From positions 1-57,934 of the forward strand of contig JAWLHB010000049.1 of NCBI GenBank assembly GCA_041690595.1: 57,934 nucleotides of DNA, written 5' to 3'. Made by a program: the position numbers and the translations under genes. The notes beneath the pieces were generated by a model. That model was not told the DNA's origin and made no database searches. It worked only from the letters and a program-made list of their open reading frames with translations. Source of the stretch: Lentisphaeria bacterium. GTDB taxonomy: Bacteria; Verrucomicrobiota; Lentisphaeria; JABSQK01; JAWLHB01. Shown in pieces: positions 1-9,337 of the stretch (its first letter is position 1; every line of letters begins with the position of its first letter).

Positions 1-130
1 GGCGCACCTCCCCAGACCCCACATGACTTGGTCGGGATTCGGAGATCGGATCTCCGGCTCCCGACCGGTATGGGCAGGGTGGGAGAAGCGGCGGGAGAAA
101 GAGGCGGGGCGCTGCCCCGGGCCCCGCCAG
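1..130 (+). repeat. Dispersed palindromic repeat (family C), related to the repeats at 48644-48868
   Basis: GGCGCACCTCCCCAG, the hairpin GGTCGGGA..TCCCGACC (30-66) and CGGGGCGCTGCCCCGG match the reverse complement of 48644-48868. Confidence 0.7.
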
Positions 131-165
131 TCCCGTGGAATTGAGTTCACGTGGGGAAGAGTGAC

Positions 166-265
166 GCCGTGGACGCAACCCCGATCGGGGTTGATGCATG
201 AGCGGGCAGTATACCCAGGGTAGCCGAGGGCAACCCTGGGCTAAGGGACGTAGCCCCGGCGGGGC
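166..265. repeat. Three-hairpin REP/MITE-like element (family B), copy 1
   Basis: GCCGTGGACGCAACCC..GGGTTGATGC..TACCCAGGGTAGCC..GGCAACCCTGGGCTA..GGGACG.AGCCCCG..GGGGC; a second copy lies at 15766-15866. Confidence 0.8.
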
Positions 266-386
266 AAGGGGCAAAAGGAGACGGCATGGAGGGTATGGAC
301 TTATGAAGAAGAATGTCCGGGCAATGGCGGGAACGGGACCAATGGGGTGGCGATGGGATATGAGGGGGAGCCAGGCGTCGGGGAGG

Positions 387-502
387 GGCAACGTCCAACG
401 CCGGGGCCACTCAGGCGAGTGGCGTGCCCAGGGTGCGCGGGAGGGGAGACAGAAGGTTGGGGAGAGGCAACGTCCAACGCCGGGGCCACTCAGGCGAGTG
501 GC
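387..502. repeat. Two exact 37-bp direct repeats (79-bp period) ending in a palindrome
   Basis: GGCAACGTCCAACGCCGGGGCCACTCAGGCGAGTGGC at 387-423 and 466-502; contains the GCCACTC-AGGC-GAGTGGC hairpin. Confidence 0.85.
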
Positions 503-508
503 AACAGG

Positions 509-541
509 CGCCTTGACAGGGGGAGTCAAGGCGATTACGTT
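509..541 (+). promoter_or_regulatory. Predicted sigma70 promoter with an overlapping inverted repeat
   Basis: TTGACA (513-518)-N17-TACGTT (536-541); the palindrome CGCCTTGAC-N7-GTCAAGGCG overlaps the -35 box. Confidence 0.55.
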
Positions 542-599
542 CGGGTCTCAAGCGTAAACGTCCGGCCTTGGCGGAGAACAACATTTGGAGATTGAACTC

Positions 600-3002
600 A
601 TGAAGACACTGTGCCTGGCTGCTGCCATGGTGGCTTGTGGCGCGAGCGCCCAGCTTGCAAATCCCGCCCTGAATCCGGTCCGCTTTCATGAGGCGCCGGG
701 ACATGAGGCGTTGACGCTGGTGGCGCCGGGAGCGCCGGCAACCATCGTTGTGGCGGATGGTACACTGGCGGATCGTGAGGCAGTCACGACTGTCGCTGCC
801 CGCGAGTTGGCGGAGCTGGTGGGATTGTCGACCGGCGTTGAACCGACAATCGTCGAGGTCGCAGAGGCGCCGGCCAGCGGACCGGTGATTCTGGTGGGGG
901 TCAGCGCGCTCAGCGAGGAGCTGGGTATCGGCGCGGGGGATCTGCCGCTGGAAGGTTTCCGCGTGCAGAGCTTCGCCGCGGCGGGTGGCCGGTACGGGGT
1001 CGCCATTGTGGGGCGGATGCCGGAGGGGAATGAACCCGACGCGCCGAACGGTACCCTGTGGGGCGTGTACGACTGGCTCGAACGGGTGGTAGGCATCCGC
1101 TGGTATTATCCCAATGAGGATGGCCGTGTGGTACCCCGCCATGAGAGCCTGATCATGCCGGCCACGCATTACACCGATGCGCCGCATACGCTCAAGCGAA
1201 CCCTTTATGGGCCGACGAAAGGCTACGATTGGAAGCGGATGGAACGTTGGCTGCGGGCCGGCAATTCGTCACCGACGCCGGGAACGTACTGCCATTCGCC
1301 GGCCAGTTGGAGCATCCACTACGAGGAGTATCCCGAGACCTTCGAACTGCAGCTCGACGGCAGCCGCAGTACCTTCATGCCCTGCTACGGCAATCCCAAG
1401 ACGGCCGAGGTCTACCTCGAGGATCTGGAGCGATTTTACAGAGATGGGGACTGGGCGGTATGGAAGCATCCGAGCGCCAACAGTCCGTGGCATGGTCCGA
1501 GCGGCAACGTCATCCCCGTTTCGCCGCCGGACAAGGGGGTCGCCTGCGTCTGCGAGTACTGCAAGGTGCTCTTTGACAACGATGCGCCCAGTTATGCCAG
1601 AGCCTCGCGGGTGGTGGCGCACCATGTTCGGCTGGTGGCGGAGGGGGCTCGCGAGCGTTGGCCGGAGAAGGTGGTCTGGTACCTCCCCTACTCCAACTAT
1701 ACGGTGCCGCCGGCGGATCTGGAGTTGCCGGACAATGTCATCGCGGGCATCTGCCTGATGTACGGGGCGGGCAACGCCAAGGAGCCGTCGCTCTCGGCCA
1801 TCCACGATCAATGGATCGCCGATTGGCAGCGGATCACGGGGCGTCCGGTCCACCTCTGGGAATATCAATGCTGGCCGGCGGACGATACGTCGCTGCCGTT
1901 TCAGTACCCGCATGTCCTGCAGTCCTTTTACCAACGGCACCGCGAGGATGTGGAGGGCTCCTTCATCAACTTCGGCTACGCGCCGGCGGGGCTGAAGGGG
2001 GGCAGCTATGCCACCACGCATCCGACCATCTATGTCTGGCTGCGGCTGATGTGGAACCCGGATTTCGACGTCGATGCCGCTCTGGCGGAATATACGGCCC
2101 TGATGTACGGTCCCGCTGCCGGCCCCATGGGCATGCTGCTGTCGACGCTCACCCACCGCTGGGAGGATACCCGCTGGGAGACTCCGCCCGGCAGCCATCG
2201 CATTTCGCCGCGGCACGTGCATGAGGAGACCATGCCGCGAGCCGAGGCGCTCAAGCTCGCCGCCTTCCTCGATCAGGCGCGTCGCCTTGCCGGCGAGGAT
2301 ACGCTGTGGCGTCGCCGCGTCGATTTCCTGGGTGACGCCGTGGACATCTTTCTGGAGGAATCGCGGGACTATCACGAGGGAACGGGGCGCCCAGTCCTGC
2401 CCGTGCTGCGTGTCGGCGACATACCGGAGATTGACGGGCGGCTCGATGACCTGGCCTGGGGGGACGCTCCCCAGCAGGCGTTTGTCAACGCCACGGACAT
2501 GACGCAGCCCGAACCCGAGGCGGCTACGTTCTTGCGGGCCATCTGGACCGATACGGGCATCGCCTTCGGTCTGCGCTGCAGCGAACCGCTGCCGGAGAAG
2601 ATCCGGGCCACCCGTTCGGTCCACGATCAGGATGTGTACGTGGACGACTGTGTGGAGTTGTTCATCGACGCAGCCGGCACCCGCGCGGAGTATGCGCAGA
2701 TTGTGGTCAACTCGCTGGGGGCCGTCTTCGATCGGCACTCCGACGAAGGGGCGGATTGGAATGTGGCGGGGCTGCGCAGTGCCGCGCATGTCGGCGAGGA
2801 TTACTGGTCGGTGGAGGTATTCATTCCGTTCGGTTCGCTGCCGGGGCTCGAGAAAGGGCCGAAAGTCGGTGATCTCTGGTATGCCAACTTCACGCGATCG
2901 CGGCATGCGGGGGGCGCGTTTCAGTTGACCCGGTGGAGCACGCGTCACCAACCATCGAACCTGGATTTCAGCGCCTTCGGGCAGTTGCGCTTCGTCGAGT
3001 GA
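600..3002 (+). CDS. Secreted DUF4838-like protein with C-terminal CBM9-like sugar-binding domain
   Basis: Signal peptide MKTLCLAAAMVACGASA. N-terminal GH20/GH67-like 'GTLWGVYDWLERVVGIRWYYP' segment. C-terminal 'IDGRLDDLAW..DDCVELFID..WSVEVFIPF..NFTR'. ATG at 600 with GGAG RBS. Confidence 0.75.
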   Translation: MKTLCLAAAMVACGASAQLANPALNPVRFHEAPGHEALTLVAPGAPATIVVADGTLADREAVTTVAARELAELVGLSTGVEPTIVEVAEAPASGPVILVGVSALSEELGIGAGDLPLEGFRVQSFAAAGGRYGVAIVGRMPEGNEPDAPNGTLWGVYDWLERVVGIRWYYPNEDGRVVPRHESLIMPATHYTDAPHTLKRTLYGPTKGYDWKRMERWLRAGNSSPTPGTYCHSPASWSIHYEEYPETFELQLDGSRSTFMPCYGNPKTAEVYLEDLERFYRDGDWAVWKHPSANSPWHGPSGNVIPVSPPDKGVACVCEYCKVLFDNDAPSYARASRVVAHHVRLVAEGARERWPEKVVWYLPYSNYTVPPADLELPDNVIAGICLMYGAGNAKEPSLSAIHDQWIADWQRITGRPVHLWEYQCWPADDTSLPFQYPHVLQSFYQRHREDVEGSFINFGYAPAGLKGGSYATTHPTIYVWLRLMWNPDFDVDAALAEYTALMYGPAAGPMGMLLSTLTHRWEDTRWETPPGSHRISPRHVHEETMPRAEALKLAAFLDQARRLAGEDTLWRRRVDFLGDAVDIFLEESRDYHEGTGRPVLPVLRVGDIPEIDGRLDDLAWGDAPQQAFVNATDMTQPEPEAATFLRAIWTDTGIAFGLRCSEPLPEKIRATRSVHDQDVYVDDCVELFIDAAGTRAEYAQIVVNSLGAVFDRHSDEGADWNVAGLRSAAHVGEDYWSVEVFIPFGSLPGLEKGPKVGDLWYANFTRSRHAGGAFQLTRWSTRHQPSNLDFSAFGQLRFVE

Positions 3003-3067
3003 TCGGGGTCGGACGTAGTCGGACGGGGTCAGACAACAAGGCCAGGGCCGTTGGGAGCAACGGCCAA

Positions 3068-3896
3068 ATCGCCGCTCGGAGAGTGCCTCACACGTTGCCG
3101 GGCCTGTCGAGGCGGAAGCCTGTGGTGATTGTGTTCATGGTGGGGAGATCGCAATACGCGAGTCGCGGTTCGGAGAACCCCTCCCACGTTGCCGGGCATG
3201 TCGAGGCGGAAGCCAGTGGTAATTGTGCTCATCTGGGGAGATCGCAATACGCAAGTCGCGGTTCGGAGAACCCCTCCCACGTTGCCGGGCATGTCGAGGC
3301 GGAAGCCAGTGGTAATTGTGCTCATCTGGGGAGATCGCAATACGCAAGTCGCGGTTCGGAGAACCNNNNNNNNNNNNNNNNNNNNNNNNNNNNNNNNNNN
3401 NNNNNNNNNNNNNNNNNNNNNNNNNNNNNNNNNNNNNNNNNNNNNNNNNNNNNNNNNNNNNNNNNAAGTCGCGGTTCGGAGAACCCCTACCAAGTTGCCG
3501 GGCCTGTCGAGGCGGAAGCCTGTGGTGATTGTGCTCATGTGAGGGGATGGCAATACGTAAGTCGCGGTTCGGAGAACCCCTACCAAGTTGCCGGGCCTGT
3601 CGAGGCGGAAGCCTGTGGTGATTGTGCTCATGTGAGGGGATGGCAATACGTAAGTCGCGGTTCGGAGAACCTCTCCCACGTTGCCGGGCCTGTCGAGGCG
3701 GAAGCCTGTGGTGATTGTGTTCATGGTGGGGAGATCGCAATACGCAAGTCGCGGTTTGGAGAACCTCTCCCACGTTGCCGGGCCTGTCGAGGCGGAAGCC
3801 TGTGGTGATTGTGTTCATGGTGGGGGAAGGCAATACGTAAGTCGCGGTTCGGAGAACCTCTCACACATTGCCGTGCCTGTGGAGGCTAACCGTGTG
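3068..3896. repeat. Tandem array of 93/94-bp units, each with a REP-like palindrome; interrupted by a 100-N gap
   Basis: GTCGCGGTTCGGAGAACC (one mismatch at 3748) starts at 3162, 3255, 3348, 3468, 3561, 3654, 3748 and 3841, with a degenerate unit at about 3068. The minus strand reads GTGGGAGGGGTTCTCCGAACCGCGA. Confidence 0.9.
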
Positions 3897-4034
3897 GGAA
3901 TGAGCGTACGGAAATTGTCGCGGGGTAGAGCTTTACGAGAGGGAGAGGGCGGCGTACTGTAAGGCTGTCGCCGCGACTTCATCCGGGGGGGTGCCCGGAC
4001 TTGTGCTCATTTCAAGCCTGTGGTAGAGATCGCC

Positions 4035-5390
4035 ATGCTGGAACCGGTTTACGAATCTACCGACACGATACATCTGAAGATCTCCGAGGTGCGCAATAAG
4101 GCGCGCATGGGGGCACAGCGGGTACGGGATGAATTGGGGAGCGAGCTGGGGGAGGAGGAGAGCTACAATCCGCTCTTTCTGCAGTTGCTGGAAAGCGTGT
4201 ACGACGCGGTGATCCTGACGCAGTTGCACGGTAAGATCGTGAAGGCGAACACACGGGCATCGGAGTTTTTCCAGCACAGCACGGAGACGCTGACGGAGCA
4301 GAATATCATCCATCTGATCGCGGGTGGTACCTTTGAGCATCTGCATACGATTTATGAGAATCTGAGCGGGGAGAAGCGGCTTTTCATCGAGGCGGAGTGC
4401 GTGCGGCGGAACGGCAGCCGCTTTCCGGCGGATATCACGGTGAGCCTGTTGCAGGTGGAGGAGAGCGAGCAGCTCTGCTTTTTCATCCGGAACATATCGG
4501 CGCGGAAGAAGACGGAGGCGGCGCTGCAGCAGGCGCAGGAGGAGTTGGTTTCGACGGCGCATCGGGCGGGGATGGCGGAGATCGCGACAGGGGTGCTGCA
4601 CGATGTGGGCAACCTGCTGAACAGCGTCAACATCTCGGCTGAGTTGCTGACGGACGCGGCGAACACGGAGGCGCAGGAGGCGCTGATGTTGTTGAGTTCG
4701 CTGCTGGATGAGCAGGAGGGGAAGCTGGCGCGCTTCTTTGCGGAGGATGAGCGCGGGCCACAGATTCCGGAGTTTATCCGGCAGATATCGGAGACGCTGG
4801 CGGATGATCTGGCGACGCTGCAGAAGGAGGCGACACACCTGAAGCAGAAGATCGCGACGATCAACGAGTCGATCACGATGCAGCAGGAGTATGCGAAGAC
4901 GGGCCTCTTCATGGAGGAGGTGGAGCTGAGCACGCTGATCGAGGATGCGCTGGCGCTGCAGAAGGGGTCGATCACGCGGCATGACATGATGATCGACCGC
5001 CGATACAGCGAGGTGCCGCCGATCCGGGTGCAGAAGAGCAAGCTGATCCACGCGATCGTGAACCTGATCTCGAACGCGAAGGATGCGATGCTGCATATTC
5101 CAGAGAGCAAGCGGGTCATCATCATCGAGACGGGGGTGGAGGACGATCGGGTCTATTGCCGGGTGACGGACAACGGCGAGGGGATTGCGGCGGAGAACCT
5201 GGAGCGCGTCTTCACGCACGGGTTTTCGACGAAAGAGAAGGGGCATGGCTTCGGCCTGCACACGAGCGCCAATTTCATGACGGAGATGGGCGGCAGCATT
5301 GTCGCGCAGAGCGAGGGGATCGGGCACGGTGCGACCTTTGTCTTGTTCTTTCCGTTGACGGCGGATGACGCCGAAGGAGTCGGGGAATGA
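4035..5390 (+). CDS. PAS-domain sensor histidine kinase (cytoplasmic)
   Basis: PAS/PAC domain, H-box 'GVLHDVGN', N-box 'NLISNAKDA', 'DNGEGI', 'FSTK..GHGFGL'. Confidence 0.9.
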   Translation: MLEPVYESTDTIHLKISEVRNKARMGAQRVRDELGSELGEEESYNPLFLQLLESVYDAVILTQLHGKIVKANTRASEFFQHSTETLTEQNIIHLIAGGTFEHLHTIYENLSGEKRLFIEAECVRRNGSRFPADITVSLLQVEESEQLCFFIRNISARKKTEAALQQAQEELVSTAHRAGMAEIATGVLHDVGNLLNSVNISAELLTDAANTEAQEALMLLSSLLDEQEGKLARFFAEDERGPQIPEFIRQISETLADDLATLQKEATHLKQKIATINESITMQQEYAKTGLFMEEVELSTLIEDALALQKGSITRHDMMIDRRYSEVPPIRVQKSKLIHAIVNLISNAKDAMLHIPESKRVIIIETGVEDDRVYCRVTDNGEGIAAENLERVFTHGFSTKEKGHGFGLHTSANFMTEMGGSIVAQSEGIGHGATFVLFFPLTADDAEGVGE

Positions 5391-6193
5391 TGGAGAATCT
5401 GAACCGCAGAGTGCTGATATGTGACGATACGCCATCGATCCATGAAGACTTCGAGAAGATCCTCTGTCCCAGTCGCCGAGACCGTCGTTCGCTGGCATCG
5501 ATGGTGGCGACGATGAAGGGAGGGAGCCATGGCATCGGGGGTGGTGTTGCGCTGTCGCTGTCGGGAGGCGAAGAGGAGGCGCCGGCGGAGTTGCGTTTCG
5601 AGCTGGACCATGCGTACCAGGGGCACGAAGCGCTGGAGAAGGTGCAGGCATCTCTGGATGAAGGGCACCCTTTCGCGCTGGCTTACATGGATGTGCGGAT
5701 GCCGCCGGGCTGGGATGGGATCGAGACGATCAAGCGGATCTGGGAATGCGACGAGAACGTGGAGATGGTGATCTGTACCGCCTATTCGGACTATGCGTGG
5801 GAGGATATCATCGGGGAGATCGGGACGACGGACAAGCTGCAGTTCCTGCGGAAGCCGGCGGATTTTGTGTCGATCAAGCAGATGGGGCTGGCCTTGACGA
5901 CGAAGTGGAACCTGGGGCGTCGCTCGCGACAGTATCTGGATGACCTGGAGGCGGAAGTGGCGGCGCGAACGCGGCAGCTCTCGCAGAAGATCCGGGAGCT
6001 GGAGAAGGCGATGGACGAGATCCGGCAGTTGCGGGGCATCCTGCCGATGTGCGCGTATTGCCACAAGGTGCGCGATGACGCGAACTTCTGGCGGCAGGTG
6101 GACGACTACATCCGAACGCATACGAATGCGGAGGTGAGTCATGGTGTCTGCCCCGACTGCTATGAAAAGATCATGGGCAAGCCGCTCAGTTGA
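5387..6193 (+). CDS. Response regulator with C-terminal Cys-rich domain
   Basis: REC motifs 'ICDD', 'MDVRMPPGWDG' and 'KP'; C-terminal CAYC..HGVCPDC; overlaps the kinase stop codon. Confidence 0.88.
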   Translation: MMENLNRRVLICDDTPSIHEDFEKILCPSRRDRRSLASMVATMKGGSHGIGGGVALSLSGGEEEAPAELRFELDHAYQGHEALEKVQASLDEGHPFALAYMDVRMPPGWDGIETIKRIWECDENVEMVICTAYSDYAWEDIIGEIGTTDKLQFLRKPADFVSIKQMGLALTTKWNLGRRSRQYLDDLEAEVAARTRQLSQKIRELEKAMDEIRQLRGILPMCAYCHKVRDDANFWRQVDDYIRTHTNAEVSHGVCPDCYEKIMGKPLS

Positions 6194-6220
6194 GCGTGCG
6201 CTGCAACCGGGGGCGAGATC

Positions 6221-6556
6221 ATGATACGGAATGAGAGCCGCGATCAGGTGGTGGCAGTCCAGCCTCGGCGGGCGACGACGCTCTCCTGGCGGATGCGTGG
6301 CATGATCGGTCGCCAGTTCACGGATTTCGATGCGCTGGTATTTCCGCGCTGCGGCAGCATTCATACGTGGTTCATGACGATGCCGATCGACGTGGTTTTT
6401 CTGGATCGGGGTCAGGTGGTGTGCGGGGTGCGTCGGGCGCTGGGGCCATGGCGGATGGCGGCGGCGAGGCGGGCGCACAGTGTGGTGGAGTTGCCATCAG
6501 GAACGCTGGAGCGCGTGGTTTGCGAGGAGGGAGATCAACTTGTCTTTGAAGAATGA
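6221..6556 (+). CDS. DUF192 family protein
   Basis: 'RMRGM', 'SIHTWFM..PIDVVFLD' and 'VVELPSG' motifs. Confidence 0.8.
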   Translation: MIRNESRDQVVAVQPRRATTLSWRMRGMIGRQFTDFDALVFPRCGSIHTWFMTMPIDVVFLDRGQVVCGVRRALGPWRMAAARRAHSVVELPSGTLERVVCEEGDQLVFEE

Positions 6557-6658
6557 GCTGGTGAGGGAGCGTCCTGCACTGGAAAAGACTGCAATGGGGC
6601 CTACAGTAATGGGGCGCCGATGTGATTATCCGCGCCTGTCATCTCTTTTCACCGCGGA

Positions 6659-7924
6659 ATGCCCTTTATGAAGCTCATCTGCACCGCAGGTCTTTTTCCG
6701 AACAAGAGCTACGACGTTTTTCCCCCTGGGATCAGTATCGGGCGGGAAGACGACAACGATATCGTCCTGCGGGACGAGGAAGTCTCGCGTTATCATGCGA
6801 AGATCGAGTACCACGACGGTCTGTGGTACGTGCATGACATGAACAGCAGCAATGGCGTGCTGGTGAACATGAAGAAGATCGACCAGAGCGCGACGCTGTC
6901 GGTGCAGGACGATGTGAAGGTGGGCAAATCGGTCTTTCGTTTTACCGACGACAGTGGGCTGATACAGCGTGAGGAGAAGAGTGGCGGCGGCGTGTCGGGC
7001 GATGGTTCCAAGCAGAAGGCGCGGCTGGTGCGGCTGGCGCTGGCGGGGGGCCTGGCCCTGCTGATTGTGCTGGTGGTCGTGGCGCTGGTGTTGACACAGA
7101 AGCAGGCGGTTGCGCCCCCGGCACCCGCGGTTGACCTGATGGCTTTGGCGGCCGAGCACCCGATGGAGCTTTATTTCGAGAAGGTGAGCACGGATGTGGA
7201 TAGGGCATTCCGCTACGCGCTGCAGTTGAAGGAGAGGGAGTTGACGGTGACCGTGGACGACGCGGTGAACGATACGCGCATCGAGGAGAAGCTGAACGTG
7301 GACGACGAACAGCTGAGGCACTTGCGGGAGAAGCTGCTGACACCGACGCTGCTGACGGATGAGGTGATGATCCGTGAAGGGCGGCGGCAGGGAAGCGAGC
7401 GCAGCCGCCTGCTGGTGCGGGCGGGGCCGGTGGGCAATTACCTGGTGGTGGAGAATTCGGTGATCCCGGAGTCGCTGGAGGAGGCGGTGGATGTCTTGTC
7501 GCAGTTTGTGCAGCAAGAGCTGGGGGTCTTTGCGGAGGCAGTGCCGCGGGAAGAGGTGCTGGAGCGGGCAGAGGAGTTTTACCTGAACGCGATTCGCCTG
7601 GAGAAGGAAGCAGTGGTGGAGCCGAGCAATCTGTACAACGCCATCCTGGGATACCGGCATGTCGTCGAGCGGCTGAAATGGATGGCGGACAAACCGGCCT
7701 TTTATCAGGACGCGGTGGAACGAATGGCGCAGGCGAACCAGTCGCTGCAGAGTGCAATCGACTCGCTGCGCAAGGAGGCGGTGACCTATCGCCATACCGG
7801 TCAGCCGCAGATGGCGAAGACACGGCTGCAGAAGATCCTCGGCATGATCCCAGACAATCGCCACCCTGAGGTCATCAAGGCACGCAGTGAAATCATGAGC
7901 ATTGACCGGGAGTTGAGAAACTGA
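6659..7924 (+). CDS. FHA-domain bitopic membrane protein
   Basis: N-terminal FHA (IGR, VSRYHA, SSNG), one hydrophobic TM helix, helical extracytoplasmic C-terminus. Confidence 0.85.
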   Translation: MPFMKLICTAGLFPNKSYDVFPPGISIGREDDNDIVLRDEEVSRYHAKIEYHDGLWYVHDMNSSNGVLVNMKKIDQSATLSVQDDVKVGKSVFRFTDDSGLIQREEKSGGGVSGDGSKQKARLVRLALAGGLALLIVLVVVALVLTQKQAVAPPAPAVDLMALAAEHPMELYFEKVSTDVDRAFRYALQLKERELTVTVDDAVNDTRIEEKLNVDDEQLRHLREKLLTPTLLTDEVMIREGRRQGSERSRLLVRAGPVGNYLVVENSVIPESLEEAVDVLSQFVQQELGVFAEAVPREEVLERAEEFYLNAIRLEKEAVVEPSNLYNAILGYRHVVERLKWMADKPAFYQDAVERMAQANQSLQSAIDSLRKEAVTYRHTGQPQMAKTRLQKILGMIPDNRHPEVIKARSEIMSIDRELRN

Positions 7925-7938
7925 AAACGACACGTATC

Positions 7939-9324
7939 ATGCTGATGCCTTTTCTTCAGGTGCTGTCGATCGGCATCGTCCTGCTGCTGGCGGGCGGCTG
8001 CGGACCGAATGGAGAGCTTGTCATCGAGGACGCGACGCTGCAGGTGACGAGCGAACCCGCGGGTGCGGAGATCCTTCTCGATGATGTGCAGGCTGGGGTG
8101 ACGCCGATGACGGTCGCCATACCGCCGAATCGGCCCCACATGGTAGAGTTGCGCCTGCCTGGATACGAGAGTCACTGGGTGAGTCTTGGGCCGGCCAGTC
8201 CTGGCGCGACGGTGGAGCCAGTGAGCGTGAAGCTGATCGCGGTCACCGCGCCGGTCTATCTGTTGACGACGCCGTCGGGTGCCTTTGTGCGAGTGAATGG
8301 GGTGGATCGTGGTGAAACGCCGCTGGCGCTGCCCGCGGTGCCACTGGGCGAGCACGACGTGGAGCTTTCGTTTACCGGCTATGCCACGAAGAAGATCCGC
8401 ATCAATGTGAAGGACGCGCGCCCCTTGCGTGTACATGAGGATATGGAGTCGGTCATCGGTACCCTGCGCATCTTTTCGGTACCGGGAAGCGCGGAGATCA
8501 GCCTGAACGGCAAGGCACAGGGGACCACGCCGAACGATCCGGAACAACCGCTGGTGATCAGCGATCTGCCGGCCGGCAGCTATGAGATCAGCGCGACGCG
8601 GCCGGGCTATCAGAGTGTGAGCCGCAGTGTGCTTCTGCCCCGTAACGAGACGCGGTCGGTGCACATGCCGTCGATGGCGCCGCTTCCGGGAGCGGTGCGG
8701 ATCACGTCGACGCCGGCGGGGGCGAAGGTTCATGCGACGCAGGGAGGGCAGTTGCTTGGGGAGACGCCGCTGACGGTACAGGATCTGCCGGATGGGGAGC
8801 ATTCCTTCACGATCAGCAAGAGTGGTTATGACACGGTCGAGCGCAAGATACTCGTTTCGCAGGGTTTGGTGAAGCAGCTGGATGTCGCGCTGGTGACGAA
8901 CCACGGGAGTGTGGCTTTCATCACGCAGCCGCCGGGCGTGACGGTATATATTGACGGTCGGGCGCTCGGGGAGACGCAGCCGGCGGACACGCCGCTGGTT
9001 TCGCGGGTTTTCACGGAGAACAATCTGCGTCCGGGGCCACATCAGCTTCTGCTGGTGCACCCGGAGTACGATAATTTCAGCCGGAGCTTTTTCGTGGAGC
9101 GTGGGAAGACCGAGAATCTTGGAACGATCCTGCTGAAGAAGCAGTGGATTCCGACGCATACGCTGAAGATCAAGTCAGGGCCGACGTATCGCGGCATCCT
9201 GTTGACGCGTTTTCCGGACGGGAGCATCGAGTTTGAGCGGGCGCGCAACATACGAGTGAACTACCAGGCTGCCGAGATCGAGAGCCTGCGTGAGATTCGC
9301 GACCAGCAAGATCTGAAGAACTGA
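7939..9324 (+). CDS. Multi-PEGA-domain protein, probable lipoprotein
   Basis: About five repeats of 'S/T-x-P-x-GA...G.TP'-like motifs; lipobox-like LAGGC after a hydrophobic stretch. Confidence 0.82.
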   Translation: MLMPFLQVLSIGIVLLLAGGCGPNGELVIEDATLQVTSEPAGAEILLDDVQAGVTPMTVAIPPNRPHMVELRLPGYESHWVSLGPASPGATVEPVSVKLIAVTAPVYLLTTPSGAFVRVNGVDRGETPLALPAVPLGEHDVELSFTGYATKKIRINVKDARPLRVHEDMESVIGTLRIFSVPGSAEISLNGKAQGTTPNDPEQPLVISDLPAGSYEISATRPGYQSVSRSVLLPRNETRSVHMPSMAPLPGAVRITSTPAGAKVHATQGGQLLGETPLTVQDLPDGEHSFTISKSGYDTVERKILVSQGLVKQLDVALVTNHGSVAFITQPPGVTVYIDGRALGETQPADTPLVSRVFTENNLRPGPHQLLLVHPEYDNFSRSFFVERGKTENLGTILLKKQWIPTHTLKIKSGPTYRGILLTRFPDGSIEFERARNIRVNYQAAEIESLREIRDQQDLKN

Positions 9325-9337
9325 GGAGGCAATCCAG

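Noticed and set aside
3068..3896. CRISPR array interpretation of the 93-bp repeats
   Set aside because: Units are similar along their whole length, there are no unique spacers, and no cas genes are present.
2933..3962. ORFs reading through the 93-bp array (2933..3808, 3029..3724, 3135..3833 and others)
   Set aside because: They stay open because 93 is a multiple of 3. The 94-bp units shift frame, they span the N gap, and no frame is favoured.
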